A DNA stretch of 64,000 bases from Dehalococcoidia bacterium (GTDB taxonomy: Bacteria; Chloroflexota; Dehalococcoidia; Lucifugimonadales; UBA3495): contig OY764869.1 of assembly GCA_963668585.1 (NCBI GenBank), positions 1,397,292-1,461,291 on the forward strand, written 5' to 3'. Shown here in pieces: positions 10,501-19,047 of the stretch. Position 1 is the first letter of the stretch, and the number at the start of each line of letters is the position of its first letter. A model generated the notes under the pieces. The model was given only the letters and a program-made list of their open reading frames with translations. It searched no databases and was not told the DNA's origin. A program made the position numbers and the translations under genes.

Positions 10501-13500
10501 GGAAACCCGCCGTGCTTCCATACGACCACGAGCCCGGCTCCGACCCGGACAGCGAAGACACCGTCTCCTACATAGTTCGCGTCGCGCTGTCCGACGACCA
10601 CGACGCGCCGTTCATACCCATCTCCGAAGCCCTGCTCGGCTACACCCGCGACGGCCATGACTTCCTGTTCGAGGCCATCAGGCACATCACACCGGCAGAA
10701 TTCAGAGAAATATACGGCAACGCAGGCGAGGCCGACGGCCTGCAGTTTCTGCTGTACGCCACGGACGGCGAACTGGAGTCAGGCCCAGCGCCGTTCATCA
10801 TGTCCATCTACTACGAACGGTCAGCTTACTTCCACGACGCCGACACGCGCGCCCCCGTCCAACGTTTCATCTACGAGACCCCCTTTCAGACCTACGAGGG
10901 ACCCGCCGCCGGCGACGATATAGCCATCGACTGGTCATCATCCATGAACGGCAGACGCGCCTGGGGCGCCGGCAATTTCTCCGGTCGCATCAGATGCCGC
11001 GACAACACCAACACCCTGACCGTCCACGAATCACCGGACCTCGGCAACGAGGACAGCGACCGCCTCGACGGCCCCACCGGGGAGACCAACGGCCACGAGG
11101 GGACACTCACGCCCCACTTCGCCGTTCCGCCCGACTACGAGAACCCCGCCGACCACGACGGCGACAACACGTATCACGTCCGGATTTACAACGACCACGA
11201 CCTGCTCAACCCGTCCAATGAGGCGAAGACCCCGTCCTGTTCCGGATCCACCCTCGACCTGCAGATAACGATCAAGGACGTCGGCACGCCCGCCCCCATC
11301 GCCCTTGCCGCCGACTTCAACCCCGAAGACCACAGCAAGATCGAGCTTTCCTGGACCACCCCCGCCGGATTCATCGAAGACGACGTCGTAACCGATTTTC
11401 CACACCCCAGCTTTGAGACCAGCTCCTACGACTACCGTTACCGCGCCCCCTCGTCGGACTCCTGGACCGAGGTGACCGGCGTCACCGAAACCAGAGCGAC
11501 CATCGGGAACCTGACCTCGCCCAGCTACGAAGTCCAGGCCAGACCCGTCAACTCGGAAGGCCCAACTCCGTGGCCCACCACCTCCATCAGCGTCAGCCGG
11601 CTGGCAACGCCGGAACAGGTCGCAACGCCCACGGCGTCTTCCCGCAACTCCAGCTCCATCACCATCACCTGGACCGAGCCCAACGACCGCGGAGTAACCA
11701 TCAACGAGTACCGCATTCAGCACAAGCGGACCGCAGACCCGGATTGGCTGCCATTCACGTCGGTAAACGGTTCAAAGCTCACCCTCACGTCCCGAAACCT
11801 CGATTCCGGCACGTCATACGACTTTCAGGTCCAGGCCCTGAATTCCGAAGGCGAAGGCCCATGGTCAGAGACCCTGACCACATCCACCACCAACCCGCCG
11901 CAACCCGACCCGGTGGCTACCATCCAGGCCATCGACTCATCGATCACCGAAGGAGACAGCGCCCAGTTCACGGTGAGCTTGACCCGAAACGCCAACGTCA
12001 CCGTCAACCTCGCCTATTGGTGGAACGGCGGCTATGGCACGACCTCCGGCGGGACGGCGACCTTCACCAACTCCGACTCGACCACCGTGTCGGTGCCGAC
12101 CAACATCATCACCAGCCCCGACCGCGGCAGAATCACCGTCAGCCTCTCCTCAGGCGCCGGATACAACATCGGGAGCCCAAGCTCCGCCATCATCAACATC
12201 GCGCGGACCGACAGCCCGCCCGAGACGCCGGATGCTCCCACCGTGTCGGCTCTCACCACGACGTCACTGCGCGTTACGTGGAACGCGCCCGAAAGCGAAC
12301 TTCCAATCACCGGCTACGAGATCAGATACCGCCAAACGGGCGCCTCCCAATGGGAGCACGAGTTCAGCCGGACCACAAACACGAACATCACCGGTCTCGC
12401 GGTGAACACCGAGTACGAGGTCGGCATACTGGCCATGAACGACGACGCAGACAGCGCGTTCTCGTCGTCAGGCGCCGGCTCGACGATGGACCTGTTTGTC
12501 ACCATCGACTCCGAACAGACGGCGGTCACGGAAGGCGACCGGATCACCTTCACGGTAACACTTTCCCGAGAAACACCCGCCGAGGTGACGGTCAACTTCT
12601 CATGGGCCGGAGACTTCGGAACGTCAACCAGCAACACGGTGCAGATAACAGCCGGAATACACGGCACGGTCGACGTTGCAACCAAAATCGGTACGACCAC
12701 GCGGAACGGCTCCCTGACGGCCGCAATTGCGCCATCAGACGCATACCGTTCCAACGAAACGGTTTCCAAAGTCGCAATAAACAAGCGCGCACCGGACCCA
12801 ACTCCTCGCCCTACTGCCGCACCGACGCCCGAGCCTACCCCAGAGCCAACGCCTGAGCCTACTCTGGAGCCAACGCCTGAGCCTACTCTGGAACCAACGC
12901 CCGAGCCTACTCTGGAACCGACGCCCGAGCCTACCCCAGAGCCAACGCCCGAGCCTACTCTGGAACCGACGCCCGAGCCTACCCCAGAGCCAACGCCGGA
13001 ACCGACTCCCGAGCCAACGCCAGAACCGACACCCGAGCCGACACCCGAGCCATCTCCGCAACAAACGCCGGAACCGACCCCTGAACCTACCGAGGAACCT
13101 ACTCCGACGGAGGAACCTACGCCAGTTCCGACACAGCAACCGCCAACCTCCACTCCGACTCCAGAACCAACGCAGGAAAATGAAGACTCATCAACTCCCG
13201 AGCCTACGGCAGAACCAACTGTGGAGCCGACGGCGCTGCCCACCGTGGAACCCACTGTAGCGCCGACCGTGGAACCAACGATATTGCCCACCGTCCCGCC
13301 GACCGTGCCACCCACTGTGCCACCGACTGTCCTGCCAAGTCCAGCGCCAACCTCACCTCCCCAAATTGAGGCTACGTCGGCGCCTGATCCCACCCAAAAC
13401 CCCGACGTAACCCAAGAGCCGGACACCAGCCAGGACGAGAAATCCCCGCAAGCGCCGACACCAGCGCCAACCAGGACGCCGGAGCCAACCGCCACCAGCG

Positions 13501-13853
13501 TTCCGACCCCCACGCCGATACCCACCGTGACGCCGACTCCCTCTCCAGTGCCTACCCCAACCACCGCACCTGTTGAACCAACCCCCACTGGAATAAAGCC
13601 CCAGCGACCGGCAATGCCGCCACCCGGTCAAAGCCAACCCACACCTGAAGAGCCGCCGGATCAACCTCACATCCTGCTGAGGCCAACAGACTGGGTACCC
13701 AAGCGACTTGAAAATCTGGTGCCCACGACACGCGAAGTCGTCAAAACGATCACCACGCTACCGAGAAACCGCCTGACGCTCGTGGCCGCCCTCGCCGTCG
13801 CACTCGTCGCCGCTGCGGCGGTGTTCATATACCTATTTTCCAGAAGGCACTAG
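7580..13853 (+). pseudogene. giant cadherin-like/FN3 surface protein with Pro/Thr/Glu linker and C-terminal TM anchor, split by a 1-nt indel in a C7 tract
   Basis: ORFs 7580-8848 and 8790-13853 share a repeat architecture (PDYE.P.D.D.DNTY; ITVKDVGPP; FN3 modules). Removing one C at 8770-8776 joins them ([15 protein letters not shown]). Signal peptide at the N-terminus, hydrophobic helix at the C-terminus. Confidence 0.75.
12790..13130 (+). repeat. tandem (T/L)PEPT coding microrepeat; the P/T/E-rich linker continues to ~13650
   Basis: 12-nt periodic units encode [16 protein letters not shown] many times. Confidence 0.9.
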
Positions 13854-13861
13854 GCGAACAC

Positions 13862-13949
13862 GAGAACATTGCGAAACTCAACCGCTGACATAATGAAGGT
13901 GTTGCTGACTTACGACGCCGGCCGCCACCGACGACGGGGCGGCCGTTTT
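13862..13949 (+). terminator. ~90-nt repeat copy 2, ending in a rho-independent terminator of the adhesin gene
   Basis: Stem CGGCCGCC/GGCGGCCG followed by TTTT at 13946-13949. The upstream 50 nt is homologous to 5259-5310. Confidence 0.6.
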
Positions 13950-14090
13950 CACGACTAACGCCAGAACGCCCTCCGTTGCGGCACCGCGCCCGCAAGGAGG
14001 CCATCAACACGATGGTGCGCCCTAAACGTGCCGTCAGACCGGCTGTGGCATGATTAAACTCGACGATGCAACCACTGCAGGGAGACAACG

Positions 14091-14957
14091 GTGACCGCAT
14101 CACAGGACCCCAGTAAGCCAATGCGCTGCAACGCGCGGTCGGTACCGCCCACCTACATCCATGAGCTCGAAGGCAGGCCCAACTTCCGGTGGCACCAGGA
14201 AGACGTCACCATGCCGTTGGCCCGAGCAACAAGCCGACTCACCGAGCTCGTGGCCCTCATCCTCGCCCAAGGTGACCAGGCCGCGAACGAGGCCACGATC
14301 CAGAACCTCACCGACTCGGCGGTAGCCAGCAGTCGGATCGAGGCCGAGTTCCCCGACCCCAACGCAGTACGCCAAGCCATCGCCAAGCGAATAGCGGCCG
14401 GTTCCCAACTCGCCATCCAGAACGAGCCAGGCATCGCGGCAGTTACCGCAGGCGCCGCCCAGCGGCACGACGAACCACTCACGGCCGAACGGCTCCACCA
14501 TTGGCATCGCTGGCTGTTCACGAACGCCGGCCCCGAGCAGATGACAGTCGGCGATTGGCGCGACGACCGGCTCGGACCCATGCAGGTGGTGTCCACATCC
14601 GCCATGGGCCGACAGCCCACCGTGCACTTCGAGGCGCCCGCCGCCGCTAGGCTCGAAGCCGAGATGAACCGGTTCCTCGAATGGTTCAACCAGCCTGGGC
14701 CGGAGCCCGACCTGCGCAAAGTGGCCATCGCCCACCTGTGGTTCGTGACCATCCACCCCTACGACTACGGCAACGGCCGCATCGCGAGAGCCATCACGGA
14801 CCTAGCGCTGTCGCGGTGCGACGGCACGGAAACGCGCGTCTACAGTATGTCCGTCGAGATCATGCGCCAGCGCAACTGCTACTACCGGCACTGTAAACGG
14901 CGGTGGCAAACTGTCGTCGCTGCATGCCCTATGCCGGAAAGAAGGCTCTCAGATTGA
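14091..14957 (+). CDS. Fic/DOC family protein (DUF4172-type N-terminus), probably 3'-truncated
   Basis: Fic motif HPYDYGNGRIAR. N-terminal YIHELEGRPNFRWH. The sequence after YSMSVEIMRQRN departs from the expected family pattern and ends early. Confidence 0.75.
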   Translation: MTASQDPSKPMRCNARSVPPTYIHELEGRPNFRWHQEDVTMPLARATSRLTELVALILAQGDQAANEATIQNLTDSAVASSRIEAEFPDPNAVRQAIAKRIAAGSQLAIQNEPGIAAVTAGAAQRHDEPLTAERLHHWHRWLFTNAGPEQMTVGDWRDDRLGPMQVVSTSAMGRQPTVHFEAPAAARLEAEMNRFLEWFNQPGPEPDLRKVAIAHLWFVTIHPYDYGNGRIARAITDLALSRCDGTETRVYSMSVEIMRQRNCYYRHCKRRWQTVVAACPMPERRLSD

Positions 14958-15029
14958 GTGGTCAGTCAGTTCGAGGCCCGGCGAAGTCGCCGTGTCCCCG
15001 ACATTGCAACACCAAGACGGGGTCAGGAC

Positions 15030-15593
15030 CTATAACCCCCTCCTCGCTGTGGCCCGGCCCACGCGCTTAATGGCGCCAGTCACGTTGATCCGGAACTTCA
15101 TCATGCTCTGCGTGACGCCATAGTGAGCTGAGGCTACCGCCAACGACCAACCGCGCCGGATCACTGAAAGCGCCGCTTCTTCGGGGACCAACAGAGCGCC
15201 ACTCAACCAATTCGCCTCGTCCTCCACGTCTCGGCTCCAGTAACGGCAACCTAGTCCATCTACCGCAGGCTCAGGCGGATGGAGCAGCAGTCCGTGGGCA
15301 AGCTCGTGGCCAACGTCGCTGGCCTGCCTTCCCGGGACGTGGGCGTCGTTGAATACGACGGTCCTCTCATTGCCCCGGAACACGGTGACTCCTGAAAACA
15401 TGTCCTGCCCACCATCCAGGAATAGGTCTGCGGCCAACGGCGCGGATTCACGCAAACTGGACAGCGGGATAACCGGAATTTCAAGGTGCTCGGCCAACCG
15501 CCACACGTCCAGCGGCGAAGCGGGAGCCAATCCCAGCTCGCCCCTGACCTCGCGGGCGACCGCGTTCGCCTCGCTCTTGAAACCTCTGCGCAC
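15030..15593 (-). CDS. ImmA/IrrE-family zinc metallopeptidase (CapP-like)
   Basis: HExxH motif GHELAHGLLLH. Size and position directly downstream of an XRE HTH gene. Confidence 0.8.
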   Translation of the reverse strand: MRRGFKSEANAVAREVRGELGLAPASPLDVWRLAEHLEIPVIPLSSLRESAPLAADLFLDGGQDMFSGVTVFRGNERTVVFNDAHVPGRQASDVGHELAHGLLLHPPEPAVDGLGCRYWSRDVEDEANWLSGALLVPEEAALSVIRRGWSLAVASAHYGVTQSMMKFRINVTGAIKRVGRATARRGL

Positions 15594-15598
15594 GAGTT

Positions 15599-16006
15599 CT
15601 AATCCGTCTTCCTCATGCGCTCGTAGGTGGCTTTCACGAGCTGGTCCAGAGCCTCGGCCGCCTCAGCGGTCAGTTGAGGGTCGCTCTTGAGGTACGTGGA
15701 AATCATCGTCAAGGTTCCCGCCTCGGGCGTGGGCAAGCCATTTCCGACAAACGCGTCCGCGCTCAATCCGGCCCAGGTTACCAACGCCGCAAGGCTATCG
15801 ACGTCGGGTCGCCTGCCCTGGGCCATCCGCGTCAAGGTCGACGCGCTGACCTGCGCTTCCTGTGCGACCTGCTTCCAGGTGTAGCGGCGCGATCTCCTTT
15901 CAGCATCCAGCGCGGCGTAGAAGGTCTCGGCGTCAAACCGCCCCTTTCTCGGTTGACCGGTTTCATCGCCCGGCTCATTGTCGGGTAATTGCTCTCTTGC
16001 AATCAT
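15599..16006 (-). CDS. XRE-family HTH regulator (CapH-like)
   Basis: YTWKQVAQEAQVSASTLTRMAQGRRPDVDSLAALVTWAGL is a classic HTH_3 pattern. Start chosen at MIAREQL (16006). Confidence 0.8.
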   Translation of the reverse strand: MIAREQLPDNEPGDETGQPRKGRFDAETFYAALDAERRSRRYTWKQVAQEAQVSASTLTRMAQGRRPDVDSLAALVTWAGLSADAFVGNGLPTPEAGTLTMISTYLKSDPQLTAEAAEALDQLVKATYERMRKTD

Positions 16007-16025
16007 ACGCCACCTATGCAATAAT
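15997..16025 (+). promoter_or_regulatory. candidate sigma70-like promoter for the Ubl operon (TTGCAA-17-AATAAT), with repeated TGCAAT-like half sites nearby
   Basis: Read directly from the sequence in the 115-bp divergent intergenic region. GCAAT motifs at ~15999, ~16018 and ~16063. Confidence 0.3.
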
Positions 16026-16121
16026 GCGAGTGTCAAATCGAACGTCGATCTGGCAATCACTCTACAGCCTCCGGTGGAAAACTGCAAGACGCACCGGGGA
16101 CACGCCCTGACAAAGGAGAAA

Positions 16122-16385
16122 ATGATGACAACCGCACTCAACGTAGACCAGCCCCGGCGCTCCATCCCGTTCACCATCGACGGTCAGCCCTATACCACGG
16201 ACGACCTCAGCCAGACTGCGGCCGATCTCCTGAGGCTGGCCGGACTGGATCCTGCCACCTACGACCTGGGCGAACTGCGCGGCAAGGAACGACCGGAGAC
16301 CAAGCGTTTCGACGACGCGGACCCAGTGGAGATCGAGAAGGACGCGCGGTTCGTTTCGATCCGGCAGGCCGGAGATGTGGCCTGA
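16122..16385 (+). CDS. single-domain ubiquitin-like (Multiubiquitin-family beta-grasp) protein, 87 aa
   Basis: AAGGAG RBS. Pattern IPFTIDGQPY...TAADLLRLAGLDPATYDL...DPVEIEKDARFVSI matches my memory of the family. Its stop shares a base with the next ATG. Confidence 0.7.
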   Translation: MMTTALNVDQPRRSIPFTIDGQPYTTDDLSQTAADLLRLAGLDPATYDLGELRGKERPETKRFDDADPVEIEKDARFVSIRQAGDVA

Positions 16386-16732
16386 TGGACACCGGCGCCG
16401 AAAAGTTCGTTGACGACATGACCAAGGCCGGCTTCGACGTTTGCGTCGAGGCCGAGGTCGTCACATTCCAGATAACCCCCGTCGACGGTGCCCATGCCGG
16501 ATGTTTGGTCGATACCGGCGTGAGCTCCGGCGAGCTCGACCCTTGGCCCCAAGCGCCTCCGCACTGGGTCCACTTTCCAGACAGTGTTGGCTTCTCCAGA
16601 ACTAATCCCAAACCGTCGCCGAAGTCCGGATGGGTGATGCACAGCCGAAACCTCCACGGGTGGGGGGACGCTCCACCGGCGGTCTGTTGGGCCAGCCATG
16701 TGCGGGCGGTCCTGAGCGAGGCGACCTCATGA
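16385..16732 (+). CDS. E2/UBC-like (Prok-E2-type) protein, 115 aa
   Basis: Translationally coupled between the Ubl and JAB-E1 genes. WPQAPPHWVHFP block. Assignment rests mostly on context; no clear HPN-Cys signature. Confidence 0.5.
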   Translation: MDTGAEKFVDDMTKAGFDVCVEAEVVTFQITPVDGAHAGCLVDTGVSSGELDPWPQAPPHWVHFPDSVGFSRTNPKPSPKSGWVMHSRNLHGWGDAPPAVCWASHVRAVLSEATS

Positions 16733-18237
16733 ACGGCCACACCACCTCGGTCGCCATGACGGCCGCAACGGAACGTGACCTGCTGAACCTGCTGGTCCGG
16801 CACGACGGGCAGGAAGACCTCTGCCTGGCCACCTACAGACCGTCCACCGGTGCGACCAGATCCAGTGCGCTCATCCGGACCGTCATCCCCCCTGAAGAGG
16901 GAGACAGGTTTGTCCACGGCAACGCGACCATCACCGCCGATTACATCCTCAGGAGTGCCCAGATCGCCCAAAACGACCAGTGCGGCCTGGTCTTGCTGCA
17001 CAGTCATCCCGGTGCCGAACGTTGGCAGTTCATGAGCGGGCCCGACCGGGATACGGAGTCAAGCTACGCCTACCTCGTCGGCGAAATCACCGGACTCCCT
17101 CTGGTGGGCATGACGCTCGCCACCGGGAACAACACCTGGTCGGCGCGTCATTGGGACGTAGGATCGGTCAATCAGGTCGACTGCAACCACTGCGCCAACG
17201 TGCGGGTCATCGGTGACCGACTGGCGGTCTCGTGGAATAACACATTGACGCCTCCCCCACCGGCGAACGAGAAACAGGTCCGCTCGGTCAGCGCCTGGGG
17301 AGAACGCTGCCAAGCGGACCTGGCGCGACGGAGGGTCCTCGTTGTTGGAGCCGGCAGCGTGGGTCTCGACGTGATCGTCCGCCTGGCGGCATCGGGACTC
17401 TGCCACCTGACCATCATGGACTTCGACCTCGTTCAAATCCACAACCTGGACCGGCTCATCGGTGCGACCATGCGGGACGCGCGACTGAAGAGACCGAAAA
17501 CCCACGTCGCCCACCGCGAGGCGACGAAAGCGGCCACCGCCGGTGATGTTCGCATCGATGTCTCGGAGCGTTCCATTTGCGAACCGGAAGGGTTGAAGCT
17601 GGCCCTGGACCACGACATCGTCTTTTCATGCGTCGACAGCCCCTGGGCGCGGGCGGTGCTCAACGCCATGGCGTACACCGACTTGATCCCGGTCATTGAT
17701 GGCGGCATACGCATCGACACACTACCCGACCACAGTATGCGGAACGCCATCTGGCGTTCTCACGTCGTCCGGCCACAGCGACCCTGCATGAGCTGCAGTC
17801 GTCAACTGGACCTGGCCGAAGTACCGCTTGACAAACAGGGCCTGCTCGACAACCCCGAGTACATTGCCGGATCCGGTCGCGCCGCCGTGTCCAGCAACCC
17901 GAACGTAGCGCCGCTGTCGGTCAACGCGGTGGGCAGCCAGTTGGCCCAGTACGTAAGCTTCAGCGCGGCACCGGCAGGACTGGGAGACCCTGGGCCGTTG
18001 CGGTACTCACTGAATTCCCACTTTCTTGAACACCTGGAGGACACCACCAGGCCCTACTGTCCAGTGGAGCTGGAAGAAGGCGCTGGTGACCGGCGTACCA
18101 ACCTGACAGGTCGTCACGAAGAGGCCGAAAGGATCCGCCACATCACGCAATCCCCAGGGATGAAGACGCGGTTGCTCCGGTGGGCTGACGACGCCATACA
18201 GGCGGCGACGAGGCGATTGGACCGCCTAACTGGGTGA
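16729..18237 (+). CDS. JAB/JAMM metalloprotease fused to a ThiF/E1-like adenylating enzyme, 502 aa
   Basis: LLHSHPGAERWQFMSGPDRD (HxH...SxxD); VLVVGAGSVGLDV, MDFD, NLDRL, CMSC. ATGA overlap with the upstream gene. Confidence 0.85.
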   Translation: MNGHTTSVAMTAATERDLLNLLVRHDGQEDLCLATYRPSTGATRSSALIRTVIPPEEGDRFVHGNATITADYILRSAQIAQNDQCGLVLLHSHPGAERWQFMSGPDRDTESSYAYLVGEITGLPLVGMTLATGNNTWSARHWDVGSVNQVDCNHCANVRVIGDRLAVSWNNTLTPPPPANEKQVRSVSAWGERCQADLARRRVLVVGAGSVGLDVIVRLAASGLCHLTIMDFDLVQIHNLDRLIGATMRDARLKRPKTHVAHREATKAATAGDVRIDVSERSICEPEGLKLALDHDIVFSCVDSPWARAVLNAMAYTDLIPVIDGGIRIDTLPDHSMRNAIWRSHVVRPQRPCMSCSRQLDLAEVPLDKQGLLDNPEYIAGSGRAAVSSNPNVAPLSVNAVGSQLAQYVSFSAAPAGLGDPGPLRYSLNSHFLEHLEDTTRPYCPVELEEGAGDRRTNLTGRHEEAERIRHITQSPGMKTRLLRWADDAIQAATRRLDRLTG

Positions 18238-18439
18238 GAACCGGCGGGGAACGCTCCCGTTGGCGGAAGATCCCGACCTCCAACCTCGCTCACCGACTGC
18301 ACGGATCCGTGCAGGTCGTTGGTATGCCCGGGCTGTGGCACATTGCCCCACGGCGGCCGGCCTTACGGATACCGTAATCCAGGGTCCGAACGGTGGTGCG
18401 TTCCACGTTCCAACCGGCGAGTATTCGCGATGTTGTTGC

Positions 18440-18468
18440 TTGACCGCCTATGAATGCTCGTTTATGAT
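18440..18468 (+). promoter_or_regulatory. near-consensus sigma70 promoter TTGACC-17-TATGAT
   Basis: Read directly. Followed at ~18544-18565 by hairpin GTAGCCGA/TCGGCTAC and a T-run at ~18583-18588. Confidence 0.45.
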
Positions 18469-18785
18469 GCAATCCCTAAACTTTCAGCGGGCCGACACAG
18501 ACGCGTGCATCCCTCGCCCAACGTTCATGGCAACCCTACGGTCGTAGCCGATTGAAGTCGGCTACCGGTTGGATCGTTGCGGTTTTTTCCCGACAACCCG
18601 CCATGCTATCTACAATGCAAACAGAACCGTCCTCGTGCCTGCCTGCCGCGAAAGCGCCTCGTCTACCATCCCTGCGTGGGCAAACGAGTGCATCTTTTCG
18701 CCTTCACTTACCCGAAACACCAATCTCCAAACGCACATTCAGCACCCGTTTCGGTAAGTGGAGTTCACCCGAAGGAGGAGAACTC

Positions 18786-18962
18786 ATGGCCGACCAAAAG
18801 CCCAACCGTACCGACGCTGTCGAGATGGCCAAGGAGGTTGAGCGCATCATCAGACACACGCCGCCCGATGTGATCCGGGACATGGAAAAGCGGCTGCAAG
18901 AATTGCGCCAGACGCCTGAGGCGAGCACCTCTGATGAATTGATGCATAAACGCGCCGGTTGA
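18786..18962 (+). CDS. small hypothetical protein, 58 aa
   Basis: GGAGGAG RBS 5 nt before the ATG; followed by a strong terminator. Confidence 0.4.
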   Translation: MADQKPNRTDAVEMAKEVERIIRHTPPDVIRDMEKRLQELRQTPEASTSDELMHKRAG

Positions 18963-18992
18963 CCATCGACCATCTTGTTGGAGTCCCTACGG

Positions 18993-19019
18993 GAGCCAGG
19001 GCGCGACCCTGGCTCTTTT
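18993..19019 (+). terminator. rho-independent terminator
   Basis: GAGCCAGGG-cgcga-CCCTGGCTC followed by TTTT. Confidence 0.65.
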
Positions 19020-19047
19020 ATGTTGAGAAATCGAGGCCAGCATCATC

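Noticed and set aside
12314-13588. 424-aa minus-strand ORF rich in G/S/V
   Set aside because: It is the antisense shadow of the PEPT/P-T-rich linker of the adhesin. Its low-complexity composition comes from the repeat, and the plus-strand gene is clearly real.
18290-18472. 60-aa minus-strand ORF (ILAGWNVERTTVRTLDY...) as a possible transposase or integrase scrap
   Set aside because: I could not tie it to any family. It overlaps a good plus-strand promoter.
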